64,000 nt of DNA from a bacterium (GTDB lineage Bacteria; Electryoneota; Electryoneia; Electryoneales; Electryoneaceae): NCBI GenBank assembly GCA_963675295.2, contig CAXXKJ010000002.1, positions 288,001 to 352,000 on the forward strand, in the 5' to 3' direction. A program made the translations under genes and the position numbers. Of the stretch, positions 37,910 through 48,014 are shown piece by piece. The stretch's first letter is position 1. Each line of letters starts with the position of its first letter. The notes below the pieces were generated by a model. It searched no databases, was not told the DNA's origin, and saw nothing but the letters and a program-made list of their open reading frames with translations.

Positions 37910-38473
37910 TTACAGGCTCCGTGGTTTGACAAACGCTGCGATTCCGGCACCGGCGAGGGACCAGCCGATCACCTGGTCGAACACTTCCGCCCACACATAC
38001 CCGGCCGGGAACATCATCCAGTTGCCGAGCGTCAACGGGCCGATCACCGCCGCGAAAACCCCCAACGCCGTCGCCACCAGCACCCGCATCGGGTAGCGCC
38101 GCAGCCGCCGTCCCGCCAGCTTCATCATCACCGACACAATCCCCGCCGCAACCAAAGCCATGAGGATGCCCCTGATGTACATCATCGCGTTCATCATCTC
38201 CATGCCTTCCGCATAGTAGACGAGGAACGGCACCACCGGTCCGGCCTTGTGCTGTTCGATGAATTCTTCGCTGTTCGCGGTGTATTCGGTCATGCTCGGC
38301 ACGGTGTACAGGCCGGTTTCGAGATTGTTCGCCTCCATCGCCTCGGCAATCGGCTTGGAATCCTCCAGCGGGGTGAAGGCCATGGTGTGAAATGGCAGCA
38401 CGGTCCACGAAATCGATAGGAAAATGAAAAAGATCACGCCACCTACCAGCGTTCCCAACAGTACCTGCTTCAT
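37910..38473 (-). CDS. Conserved hypothetical membrane protein
   Basis: MKQVLLG.LVGG..W..LP.H, G.Y..P; 4 TM helices; GGGAG RBS. Confidence 0.7.
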   Translation of the reverse strand: MKQVLLGTLVGGVIFFIFLSISWTVLPFHTMAFTPLEDSKPIAEAMEANNLETGLYTVPSMTEYTANSEEFIEQHKAGPVVPFLVYYAEGMEMMNAMMYIRGILMALVAAGIVSVMMKLAGRRLRRYPMRVLVATALGVFAAVIGPLTLGNWMMFPAGYVWAEVFDQVIGWSLAGAGIAAFVKPRSL

Positions 38474-38938
38474 CGTTCGCTCCCTGTTCTTACGTTGTCC
38501 CTGATTGCCCCGAAAGTACCGCCGGAACCCTGGCCAGCCAACCATAACCTGTACATTTCCGGGAGTTCATCGATCCCGGGCTGAAACCCCGAAACATCTG
38601 ACCGGGTACCATTGGTTCAGTATGACGGTATGCACTTGTCTGCTAAACAGACAAGTACAGTTGAGGGTGGGGTAAACGCGCTGAAGTTATAGTCTCTCTT
38701 TAATTCTTACAACGCTTCGTATACATTGTTATCAGGCCGTATCTTGTCAGGACATCACGTCGAACTTCCCGTAGACTATCAACAGACGTTAGCAAGACCG
38801 GCTTCTCAGTCCGCTGAACACCGGTTTCTGAACGACGTTTGGCTGCCTCAGGCAAGTTGCACGGGTGTTCATCGGTCCGTTGCGTGTCAGAAGCTGCGCG
38901 CCGTACGTTTCAATGCTATAACGGATGGATGGAGTACA

Positions 38939-39436
38939 ATGCGTCCTTTGACGGCGATCACGCTGGCGTTCGCACTGCTGGTGGTATTTTCTGCTTGCAT
39001 GAATCCGTTCGCGCCGGAGGAGGGCGGTGTTGCCGGGGATCTGTGGGATCCGCAGACCTCCATTGGCGGTATGTTGCGCAATTTCCAGACGGCGTATACG
39101 CTTCGTGACAGCTTGCGATACGCTGACCTGATCGCAGAAGAATTTGTTTTCCAGTTCTTCGACGCGAACGAAAATCGCTACGATCAGTGGTACCGGGACA
39201 CCGAATTGCGCACCACTGGCGCGTTGATGCGCTCGTTTGAATTGCTGGATTTACGTTGGGGTCCGATTCCGACGTCGCTGGACACGTTCTCGCGTCCGGA
39301 CACGACGGTGGAGTTTACAATAAATTTCACACTTTCCGCGGGAGATTTCTCACCGATCGCCGGGTTTGCGCGTTTTCAGACCCGTGCCGGGGATGACAGC
39401 CGTTTCCGTATCGTGCAATGGCGGGATGACTATTGA
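38939..39436 (+). CDS. Lipoprotein (C.NPFAP type, possibly NTF2-like)
   Basis: Lipobox FSAC followed by MNPFAP; W.D C-terminus. Confidence 0.7.
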   Translation: MRPLTAITLAFALLVVFSACMNPFAPEEGGVAGDLWDPQTSIGGMLRNFQTAYTLRDSLRYADLIAEEFVFQFFDANENRYDQWYRDTELRTTGALMRSFELLDLRWGPIPTSLDTFSRPDTTVEFTINFTLSAGDFSPIAGFARFQTRAGDDSRFRIVQWRDDY

Positions 39437-40404
39437 GCGGACGTATACGCATACGACGTAGAATCAAACTGCTGCTGGCACTGAACATCGTGGTGATCGC
39501 CGGGCTCGTCATCCTCTTGTTCGTGAATTGGCTGCGGACCGGTACTCCGCGCACGCATGTGACGCAGGTATCTTCCGCTCCCGCCAATGGTGTCGCGTAT
39601 GCGGGTGATCGACCGAAATCTCGTCCGCGGACGCACATCCGGCAAACCCCGGCAAGCTATTTTCCCCGCAGCCAGCCGTCCCGTGTACGTGCACTCGCAA
39701 CGAAACATGGCCACATCGCGCTGGTCATCGACGATTTCGGTTTTTCTCTGACCTCATCGACCGTACAGGGCATGCTCGATCTGCCGGTTCCGTTAACCAC
39801 CGGGGTCATTCCCGGGCTTGCGGCCAGCGACGCCGTCGCCAATGCCGCGTACGAACGTGGTCACGAAATCCTCGTCCATCTACCGATGGAACCACTTGGT
39901 GAGCGGTACGATACGCTTGAGGCAGAGCTGCATTCGGGCATGACCCCCGATCAATTTGCTGCCTTTATGGACACGATGACAACTGTGCCGCACGCCACCG
40001 GCATCAGCAACCATCAGGGTTCCGCAGCGACACAGGACCGCGAGTTGATGGACCGGCTCGCGGACTGGTGCTCGCGTCACGATTGGTACATCCTCGATAG
40101 CATCACCCATCCCGGCTCCGTACTTTACCGGGCGGCGACGGCGGCGAACGTGCCGGCGTATCGCCGCGACATCTTCCTTGACCACTACCAGGAGCCGGAT
40201 TCGATCCGTGCTCAGCTGCGTGCCGCGGTGGAGCTTGCCGAACGGCGCGAAGGGCTGGTGGTTGTGATCGGCCATCCGCGTGCCTCCACCCTGCAGGTGT
40301 TGCAGGAGGATTTGCCGGGCCTGGTGGAACAAGGCGTACGCTTCATGCGTCTCAGGGAAGGGTCAACGTTGACGGCGGAGAAGCTGGCGGTGGAGGATCG
40401 TTGA
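39433..40404 (+). CDS. Divergent polysaccharide deacetylase family protein
   Basis: ALVIDDFG, HLPMEP, NHQGS, LDS, RDIFLD, IGHP. Confidence 0.9.
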   Translation: MSGRIRIRRRIKLLLALNIVVIAGLVILLFVNWLRTGTPRTHVTQVSSAPANGVAYAGDRPKSRPRTHIRQTPASYFPRSQPSRVRALATKHGHIALVIDDFGFSLTSSTVQGMLDLPVPLTTGVIPGLAASDAVANAAYERGHEILVHLPMEPLGERYDTLEAELHSGMTPDQFAAFMDTMTTVPHATGISNHQGSAATQDRELMDRLADWCSRHDWYILDSITHPGSVLYRAATAANVPAYRRDIFLDHYQEPDSIRAQLRAAVELAERREGLVVVIGHPRASTLQVLQEDLPGLVEQGVRFMRLREGSTLTAEKLAVEDR

Positions 40405-41099
40405 TGATGAATGTGGCGTTACGCCTGGACAGTCTGCTCCATGGCAGCGCTCCCCCGACTCCGGCCCATGCCGCCCGGATCGCGGCAACGGCCTCGCTCG
40501 CCGGGGTTGACAGCCTCGTGGTTGTATTGCCGGCCACCGGAGCCGGCGGCTGGAAAGTGCCGCTGGACCGCATCCGTGACGTATTCGACGGCCCCGTTCT
40601 TGTCGTCTGCCCACTCCTCGACGAACCCCTGCAGCTTGTACACGACATGCGCCCGGAGCTGACGATCTTTACCGGAGAAGGCGTCCTGCCGCTTGACCGG
40701 GACGATCTCGCGGGACCGATTGCACGGGACACCGCTCAGACGATGAGAACCTCACGCGTTCCATTCGTTTTTCACGTGTCCGCAAACGTTGCGTTGATCA
40801 AGGCTGCGCGCCAGCTTGAGGCGGAGGGTGTACTTCTTCCTGCGGCACCGTTGCTAAACGCGGACGAAACCGACCAGGCTGTTGTCGCGATGGAAGAGCT
40901 GGAAACCGGCGCGCTCGCGGCGAGCAAGCTGGGACTGCGCGTGTTCCTCGATGGGGAGCTGGATCGCGCGTCCTGGGGAGCGTTGAGCCGTCTTGATCTG
41001 TTTGAAGGGGCTGTCGTGGGATCATCGTTGACCGACCGTGCGTTGTTGCTGGGTCTTGGCCCGGCGATGACCGAACTACGCATGCTGAACCTGCACTGA
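40401..41099 (+). CDS. Degenerate PdxJ-like (pyridoxine 5'-phosphate synthase fold) protein
   Basis: A..AG.D..VV.L, A..LGL.V, G.SL..RALL.GL..A..E patterns as in PdxJ; catalytic motifs absent. Confidence 0.6.
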   Translation: MMMNVALRLDSLLHGSAPPTPAHAARIAATASLAGVDSLVVVLPATGAGGWKVPLDRIRDVFDGPVLVVCPLLDEPLQLVHDMRPELTIFTGEGVLPLDRDDLAGPIARDTAQTMRTSRVPFVFHVSANVALIKAARQLEAEGVLLPAAPLLNADETDQAVVAMEELETGALAASKLGLRVFLDGELDRASWGALSRLDLFEGAVVGSSLTDRALLLGLGPAMTELRMLNLH

Positions 41100-41108
41100 G
41101 AAAATCCG

Positions 41109-42149
41109 TTGATTCGAGCATCCGCATATACGCTTATCATCACGTTATTGATCTTCTTGATGGTAGGCTGCGATGGAGCTGCCGGACCGGACGGGCTAGA
41201 CGCGCCCCCGGTTGATAATGTCGGTCCATCCATCCAACTCATCCGGCCACAGCCCGGCGCTGTTATCACCACCTCAACCATGATCCTCGAAGCTGCGCTC
41301 GCGGACACGGAAGACGTCGACAACGGTGACATTGACCGGGTCCGCTTCTATGTTGACGGGGCAAACCAGCTGGGTGAGGATTCGGCCGTTGTGACTGCAC
41401 CGCCCTACATTTTCGAGTGGGATTTCGACGTTTCCGGTACGGGTTTCGGCCCGGTCACAGTCATGGCGGAAGCGATTGACACGCTTGGCAACCGCAACAG
41501 CACCGCGTTGTTGCTGGTCAACCGGCGTCAGCTCGCGGACCGGGACACGTTGACCGATCGTTTTGCGCTGGGTTCCGCCAGCGATCTGTCTGTCCCGTTC
41601 CAGATACCTCTACTCGACACAAACAACGTTCCCTACGATACCGTCTACATCACGGAGCTCGGCACGCGTTTCCTCGCGCAGGCCCGCTGCATACTGAGCC
41701 AGGCGCGGCTCTATCCTGTGATGCGACTGGACGCTCCATTCACCGACATGGCGGACTACTGGGTCATTCTCCGTGCGTCGCAGGATAGCCTGTATCCCGG
41801 CGAGGCGCTGGATTCCATCTTCGTGCAGCCGGATCTGATGCTTTATGATCGTTGGCTGACGCTGGATCTGGATGGTATACCAGAATCGGAGCGCACGTTC
41901 GAGGCCGGCGAAACGTTCTTCCTCACTCTGCGTCCTGAAGCAAACGCCGACAGCCTGGATGCCGGAGTGACCATCGGTACGCTGTTCGAATCTGACACGA
42001 CCGATTTCGCGGATGGGGAGAAAGCCTACTGGTATGAGCGTCCGCCGCAAGGATTGGGTTGGCGTCCGGTGTCAGATTTGTACGAGACCTATGGCGTGCA
42101 CCATCTGTATCTCGAGGCGGTGGTGGATTATCAGGCGGAGGGGGAGTGA
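41109..42149 (+). CDS. Ig-like (Big) domain lipoprotein, paralog 1
   Basis: LMVGC-DGAAGPDG, V.FYVDG, PY.F.W, A.A.D..GN. Confidence 0.75.
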   Translation: MIRASAYTLIITLLIFLMVGCDGAAGPDGLDAPPVDNVGPSIQLIRPQPGAVITTSTMILEAALADTEDVDNGDIDRVRFYVDGANQLGEDSAVVTAPPYIFEWDFDVSGTGFGPVTVMAEAIDTLGNRNSTALLLVNRRQLADRDTLTDRFALGSASDLSVPFQIPLLDTNNVPYDTVYITELGTRFLAQARCILSQARLYPVMRLDAPFTDMADYWVILRASQDSLYPGEALDSIFVQPDLMLYDRWLTLDLDGIPESERTFEAGETFFLTLRPEANADSLDAGVTIGTLFESDTTDFADGEKAYWYERPPQGLGWRPVSDLYETYGVHHLYLEAVVDYQAEGE

Positions 42150-42271
42150 TGGGTGGTTCTGAGAAGCGTGAGATTCGCGAGCGCACATATGGAGATACGG
42201 AGATGTCAGCGTCTCGCGAGCACGTAAACCCATATGCGAGTATCGAGATAACTGAGAAGACCACAGCTGGA

Positions 42272-43324
42272 ATGTCATCCCGTAAAGCGATCCTGTTCCT
42301 CCTGCCCATGTTCCTGCTAACCCTGTTCTGGTGGGGCTGTGAGGGCCCTCAGGGTCCAGAGGGAGAGGGGGTTGGCGACCTGGATACCGAGCCGCCGAAG
42401 GTATCATGGGTTGAGCCGGTACGGTCAGACACCACCTATGCGAACACCTTCGAAGTCGAGGCGACGGCAAGTGATAACGAAGGGGTGGCATACGTCGAGT
42501 TCTTCCTCGATGGAAGCAGTGAGATGGGCGACTCGTCCGCAATCGACTCCACCGCGCCCTACACCTGGACCTGGAATTTCGATTCCACCGGACATGACTT
42601 CGGTTTTTACCCAATCATGGCGCGTGCGTTTGATGGAGCCGAAAACGCAGCCGACACGCCAACATTACTGAAGCATTACCTGCCAGTGCCGACGGAACGG
42701 GTACTCTACTACTACGAAGGCGAAACCCTCGGCGCGTTGACGATGCCGGACGAATACGGCGACCGTTTCTGGAATGTCCGCTTCACGCCGGACGAAGAGT
42801 GCGAGCTGCTGGAAATCCAGTTGGAATTCCGCAACCCGCTTGAAGTCAGGCTGACGGACGAGGACGATTTCCTCACCGGCGGCACGGACTTCATGGTGTA
42901 TGCGTGGAACAGCGGCGACAACCGTTTGCCTGTCGAGCCTCCGCTTGACAGCTTGTACGTCGAGGAAACGCAAGCGGTTTATAATGAAGGGTTTACGGTT
43001 GTTGATGTGTCGAACTGGGGATTGACCCTGACGGACGATTTCCATGCCGGCTTCTCCATTCCGTCTGCGCTGAATTACGGCCAGCTGATTGACGATTTGC
43101 GGGCGATGCCGATTATTTTCACGTTGGACGATACCCCGCCGGCGGATTCCAGCGCGCATCGCAGTGTTGAAAAGGCGAACGGTCAGAACTGGCGCACAAT
43201 GCTGCAGAGCTGGAAGCAGCCGATTGATTTCCACATTCGTGTCAAAGTGCGCTACAGCAGCGGTGAAACGGCGACCATTGCCCCAACAGGCAGCCGGATT
43301 CCGCTGCCGGACGGTGAACGATAA
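42272..43324 (+). CDS. Ig-like (Big) domain lipoprotein, paralog 2
   Basis: WWGC-EGPQGPEG, ASDNEGV..VEFFLDG, PYTWTW, ARAFD. Confidence 0.75.
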   Translation: MSSRKAILFLLPMFLLTLFWWGCEGPQGPEGEGVGDLDTEPPKVSWVEPVRSDTTYANTFEVEATASDNEGVAYVEFFLDGSSEMGDSSAIDSTAPYTWTWNFDSTGHDFGFYPIMARAFDGAENAADTPTLLKHYLPVPTERVLYYYEGETLGALTMPDEYGDRFWNVRFTPDEECELLEIQLEFRNPLEVRLTDEDDFLTGGTDFMVYAWNSGDNRLPVEPPLDSLYVEETQAVYNEGFTVVDVSNWGLTLTDDFHAGFSIPSALNYGQLIDDLRAMPIIFTLDDTPPADSSAHRSVEKANGQNWRTMLQSWKQPIDFHIRVKVRYSSGETATIAPTGSRIPLPDGER

Positions 43325-43365
43325 GCGTGGGTGGCGCAACGGCCGCCCGAGTGAAGGCTGAACGT

Positions 43366-44397
43366 ATGAATTGGACGTGGATACGCAGGAAAATGAGCGG
43401 CCCGGCCGTAAGGGTTGTGGCGTCCCTACTGTTGTTGGCGGGATTTGCCGCCTGCAGCGGTGAGGATGGTGCGGCGGGGCTTGATGGCACCAGCCCGGAC
43501 ACCTATCCGCCGGCTGTGGCGTTACTTTCGCCGTCGGCGGGGGACACGCTTGGTGACACCATGCGTGTGATCGTAACCGCCGTTGACAATGTCGCTATCG
43601 ACCGTGTGGTCTTTTACCTGGATGGTTCGGATCAGGTGGACGACACGTTATATGCGGAGATAGACGGCGCGGACGCGACGGACAACCAATTCGTCTGGAC
43701 CTTTAACCTGGTACAAATGGGTGTGGCCAATGGTGCGCACACGGTGATGGCGAGGGCATTTGACGTTGATCGCAACTATGCCGACACCCCGCCGGTGATT
43801 GTCTTTACCGAGTACCAGACCCCGCCGGGTGAGGCGATTCTGCGGGTCTGGGAGCCGGACAGCACCGGCTTCTACCAGTTCCCGAACCGGGATGCGGACG
43901 ATCCGAACATCGTGCTGGATTCCCTGCACAACATCCGTCTCCGTCCCGAACGCGATGGCCAGATCGATCAGGTCCGTTTGTACTTGAGCGTGGACGCGTT
44001 CTCGTCGTTGGCGTACGATACCACTTTGCACGTCGCGGTTCATGGCTCGGATGGTGTGTACCCGGATCTGGGAGAAGAACTCAGCTCACAGGATCTGACC
44101 CGCGCGGATTTCGATTCCACACGGTGGTACTCCGTGGTATTCCCGAACATCGTGTCGTTTCAGGCGAACGAAATTCTCCACATTACCCTGTCGGTTCCGG
44201 AGAAAACCGATACCACTGCGTTCGCCATCGGCACGTCGATCATTCCGAAGTACGACTATCCGACGCAGAGCCATTCCAGCCGCTGGCTGATCGATCAAAC
44301 GACCGAGTTGGAATACTGGCAGCCACTGCAGGAGCAGTATGCGTTCGAGGATCGCACTCGTGAGTTCATGATCGAGGTCTGGGTGACGTACGAATAG
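43366..44397 (+). CDS. Ig-like (Big) domain lipoprotein, paralog 3
   Basis: FAAC-SGEDGAAGLDG, AVDN..IDRVVFYLDG, ARAFD; start uncertain. Confidence 0.75.
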   Translation: MNWTWIRRKMSGPAVRVVASLLLLAGFAACSGEDGAAGLDGTSPDTYPPAVALLSPSAGDTLGDTMRVIVTAVDNVAIDRVVFYLDGSDQVDDTLYAEIDGADATDNQFVWTFNLVQMGVANGAHTVMARAFDVDRNYADTPPVIVFTEYQTPPGEAILRVWEPDSTGFYQFPNRDADDPNIVLDSLHNIRLRPERDGQIDQVRLYLSVDAFSSLAYDTTLHVAVHGSDGVYPDLGEELSSQDLTRADFDSTRWYSVVFPNIVSFQANEILHITLSVPEKTDTTAFAIGTSIIPKYDYPTQSHSSRWLIDQTTELEYWQPLQEQYAFEDRTREFMIEVWVTYE

Positions 44398-44426
44398 CGA
44401 TGCAGAGCGAGAGTGACAAACGTGAA

Positions 44427-44452
44427 AAACGGGAAGCGCGCGCTTCCCGTTT
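44427..44452. terminator. Bidirectional terminator
   Basis: aaacgggaagcg-cg-cgcttcccgttt between convergent genes. Confidence 0.7.
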
Positions 44453-44488
44453 CTTGCTCGTAACTTGCTATAAAGCTAGACGATTAAC

Positions 44489-45850
44489 CTACTCGGAAAC
44501 AGAGCTTTCCGGAACGTTTTCGTCGGATTCACCGGATTTCGCGCCCTTGTATTCCAGCACCAGCACGTAGCGATGGGGCAGTACCGGCAGCGCATACAGC
44601 AGTTTCCACTTGTCGCGGTCCAGCGCTTTCGCTTCCCGTTCTCCTTCCGGTCCTTTCCATGACAGCAGGGTCCCACCCGGTTTCAGCAGGCTTTCGCACC
44701 ACTGCGCGACTTCGGGCAGCACACTCACCGCACGCACCACCACCGAATCGTACGGCACATCCAACCGTTCCGCATGCGTTTCCGCGCGATCGTGCACGAC
44801 GCTGATGTTTTTCGCGCCGAGTTCGGCGGTCATCCGTTGCAGGGACAACGTTTTCGCCCGCCGTGAATCCAGCAGCGTCATTTTCGCATCGTTGAGCGCC
44901 AACGCCAGCGGCAGGCCCGGAAAACCGCCTCCTGTACCGAGATCCAGTAGCCGCGGCCCACGCCACCAATCAGGTTCAGCCGCTGGAATCAGGCTTTCCC
45001 ACAACGACTGCAGCAGAACCGCGTCCACACTCGCCCGGCTGACCAGGTTCACCTCTTCGTTGATCGCCTTCACCAGCTCGAGGTGCTTGTGGAACGGTTG
45101 GGCGTCGGTGGCCACGAGCAGGATGTCCGTCACCTGCTTGACTCGCTCAAAATCGACCTTGAACGGGTGATCCAGCCGTCCTATCCAGGCAGGAGTTTCC
45201 GGACGCCGTCCTCGGATTGGCAGGCCGAGTTTTTTGCGTTTCTTCACCTTGTGCGGAATCGGGATCGGTGCATCATCACTGCGTTTCGGCGGAGAATACC
45301 GGTCGCTGGATCGTGGCTTGTCGCGATCGTTCGAGTCGGAACGTCCACGATCGGGCCGGTCAAAATCGCGCCGTGGCTTGTCGTTTCGGGGCCGGTCGGA
45401 GTTGAACTTGTCGGGACGAGGCCCGCTGGATCGTGACGAATCACGGCTCGGCCGGTCAGACTCACGCCGCGGTTTGTCGCTTCGCGGCCGGTCAGACTTG
45501 AATCGGTCAGAGCGTGCTTCGCTGGATCGTGACGAATCACGGCTTGGACCGCCTGGACGCGGGCCACCGGGTCTCTTTGAATCGGACGGTTTGCCGGACT
45601 TGTACGCGGAGGAGCCGCCGCGCGCTGGCCCGGGTTTGCTTGAACCGGGGCGTGACGAATCACGATTCGGCCGGTCGGAACGTGGTCCACCGGATTTCTT
45701 CGAGTCGGATGGTTTGCCGGATTTGTACGAGGAGGAGCCTGCACGTGACGGCCCCGGTTTCCGGGGGCCGGACGGTTTCGATCCCGGGCGGTTGGAGCCG
45801 GGATGGCGTTGGGACGATTCACGCTTGGGGTTTGGACGGTCGTCTTTCAT
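44489..45850 (-). CDS. rsmG: 16S rRNA m7G527 methyltransferase with N-terminal low-complexity extension of about 200 aa
   Basis: NLVSR, LDLGTGGGFPG.PLA, DS...K, RAE, RAV, KG; downstream of mnmG. Confidence 0.85.
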   Translation of the reverse strand: MKDDRPNPKRESSQRHPGSNRPGSKPSGPRKPGPSRAGSSSYKSGKPSDSKKSGGPRSDRPNRDSSRPGSSKPGPARGGSSAYKSGKPSDSKRPGGPRPGGPSRDSSRSSEARSDRFKSDRPRSDKPRRESDRPSRDSSRSSGPRPDKFNSDRPRNDKPRRDFDRPDRGRSDSNDRDKPRSSDRYSPPKRSDDAPIPIPHKVKKRKKLGLPIRGRRPETPAWIGRLDHPFKVDFERVKQVTDILLVATDAQPFHKHLELVKAINEEVNLVSRASVDAVLLQSLWESLIPAAEPDWWRGPRLLDLGTGGGFPGLPLALALNDAKMTLLDSRRAKTLSLQRMTAELGAKNISVVHDRAETHAERLDVPYDSVVVRAVSVLPEVAQWCESLLKPGGTLLSWKGPEGEREAKALDRDKWKLLYALPVLPHRYVLVLEYKGAKSGESDENVPESSVSE

Positions 45851-45946
45851 GCCACTTGCGCAGGCTTGTCAACGGGTTGCGGATTATCAGCACGGAAGCT
45901 AGTGCGGAAAGTCGCCAAATCCAAGAGGGGATTTCCGATCTCGCGA

Positions 45947-47815
45947 TCAGGCGGACAAGGTACGCGCGGCTGAACGTTCCCGATCCCGCAGAAAAACGAC
46001 CAGTAACGCGAGATCGGACGGCGTCACTCCGGCAATCCTGGACGCCTGCCCGACGGTCGCGGGACGGTGCGTTTCCAGCTTCTGCCGGCCCTCGGCGGAC
46101 AGCGCTTTGACCGTGTCGTAGTCGAAATCGTCAGGAATGCGTTTCTCTTCCTGCGAACGTAGCTTCTCCACCTGGCGCCGCTCGCGGTCGAGATAGCCTG
46201 CATAGCGCAACTCGGTCTCGATCGCGGTCAACAGGGCGGGGTCGGGGCGTTCGGGCAACGTACCGTTTCCACGTTCGAGCAGGGTCGCGAGCTTGATTTC
46301 CGGTCGCCGCAGCAGTTGCGCAGCGCTTTCCAACTGGTTCGGCTTTTTGTCGCGTGCCACGATATCGCCACGCCGGAACTTAAGCGTTTCCAAGCGCTTG
46401 ATCCATGACGATTTGTCATCCAGCCGTTGGCGGATCGCCGCGTATCGTTCCTCCGCAATCAACCCGGCGCTGAATGCTTTCTCGTGCAACCGTTCTTCCG
46501 CGTTGTCCTGGCGCAGCAGCAGCCGGAATTCCGCCCGGCTGGTGAACATGCGGTAGGGTTCGGTCGGATGCGTGGTCACCAGATCATCGACCAACACACC
46601 GCCGTACGCTTCGTCGCGCCGCAGGATGAACGGTTCACGCCCCTGCACCGTCAACGCGGCGTTCGTCCCAGCGATCAAGCCCTGGATCGCGGCTTCTTCG
46701 TAGCCGGATGTCCCGTTAATCTGCCCGGCGAGGTACAGTCCCGGGATCCGCCGTGTGCTCAATGTTGCGCGCAACTCGTGCGGCGGAACCACGTCGTATT
46801 CTACCGCATAACCCGGCCGTGAAAACCGGATATTCTCACAACCCGGCACCGTTTGCAGGGAGGCCAGCTGTACCTCTTCTGGCATGGAGCTGGAAAAACC
46901 GTTGACGTACATCAGCGGGTTGTCGAGCCCTTCCGGTTCGAAAATCAGCGGGTGCCGGTCGCGATCCGGGAACCGCATCACCTTGTCCTCAATGGACGGG
47001 CAGTAGCGCGGGCCGGTGGACTGGATCGTACCATTGTACATCGGCGATTCGTCGATCCGCGCGCGGATGCCGTCATGCGCATCCGGGACCGTATATGCAC
47101 GGTAGCACGGGAGTTGCGGGTTGTGGCGTCGTGTGGTCTCGTGGCTGAAGAACCAGGCCTCGTCCTCGCTGTCCTGCTGCTCCATCACGCTGAGGTCGAT
47201 GCTGTCCCGGTAGACACGTGGCGGTGTACCGGTTTTAAAGCGTAGCAACGGGTAGCCGAGACGTTCTAGGTCGGCCGAAATGTGATTCGCCGGGGGTTCG
47301 CCGAAGCGGCCGGACTGGTTTTGCACCGTGCCGGTGTGCGTCAGGCCGCGCATGAAGGTACCGGAACACAAAATGGCGGTCTTGCAGGCGAGGACGCCAC
47401 CGTTCGCCAGGCGGACGCCGGTCAACGTGTCGCCGTTGACGACGAAGCCGACGGCCTCGTCTTCCACGATTTCGATGTCGGGGTAGCGTTCGTAAAACAG
47501 CGTGTCGATGGCCTGGGTGTACAGATCGCGGTCGGTTTGCGCGCGTGGGGACCACACTGCTGGTCCCTTCGACCGGTTCAGCATGCGGTACTGGATTGCG
47601 GCGCGGTCGGTTGCGACGCCCATCAGGCCGCCGAGGGCGTCAATCTCTTTGACAAGCTGGCCTTTGGCGGTTCCACCCATGGCTGGATTGCAGGACAAAC
47701 GGGCGAGCGCAGCCCGTTCCCGGGTCACCAGCACGACACTGGCACCTGCCCGGGAGGCTGCCGCCGCGGCTTCGACGCCGGCGTGTCCTCCTCCAATCAC
47801 AACCACATCGACCAT
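45947..47815 (-). CDS. mnmG: tRNA uridine 5-carboxymethylaminomethyl modification enzyme
   Basis: GGGHAG.EAA, SCNP..GG..KG, RFKTGTPPR, GPRYCPSIE, AGQINGT.GYEEAA, PYRMFTSRAE. Confidence 0.97.
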   Translation of the reverse strand: MVDVVVIGGGHAGVEAAAAASRAGASVVLVTRERAALARLSCNPAMGGTAKGQLVKEIDALGGLMGVATDRAAIQYRMLNRSKGPAVWSPRAQTDRDLYTQAIDTLFYERYPDIEIVEDEAVGFVVNGDTLTGVRLANGGVLACKTAILCSGTFMRGLTHTGTVQNQSGRFGEPPANHISADLERLGYPLLRFKTGTPPRVYRDSIDLSVMEQQDSEDEAWFFSHETTRRHNPQLPCYRAYTVPDAHDGIRARIDESPMYNGTIQSTGPRYCPSIEDKVMRFPDRDRHPLIFEPEGLDNPLMYVNGFSSSMPEEVQLASLQTVPGCENIRFSRPGYAVEYDVVPPHELRATLSTRRIPGLYLAGQINGTSGYEEAAIQGLIAGTNAALTVQGREPFILRRDEAYGGVLVDDLVTTHPTEPYRMFTSRAEFRLLLRQDNAEERLHEKAFSAGLIAEERYAAIRQRLDDKSSWIKRLETLKFRRGDIVARDKKPNQLESAAQLLRRPEIKLATLLERGNGTLPERPDPALLTAIETELRYAGYLDRERRQVEKLRSQEEKRIPDDFDYDTVKALSAEGRQKLETHRPATVGQASRIAGVTPSDLALLVVFLRDRERSAARTLSA

Positions 47816-47938
47816 CGGGTCTGTGTCCTTTTGCGACAGGTTCCGGTTGCTGCTCATCCTCATCGTGAGGTCAGGCGCACAATTCGCCCGATTTGGCGCT
47901 CTCTCTTGTTGAGAGCCATGGAACGCGCATAAAACCTG

Positions 47939-47954
47939 TGTTTCACGTGAAACA
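47939..47954. promoter_or_regulatory. Canonical parS site
   Basis: Perfect TGTTTCACGTGAAACA between mnmE and mnmG. Confidence 0.9.
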
Positions 47955-48014
47955 AGAACTCCGTACCCCGCATCGCCAGAGGGTTTCCGGCGCTCGGAGT
48001 TCACAAACCGGAGT

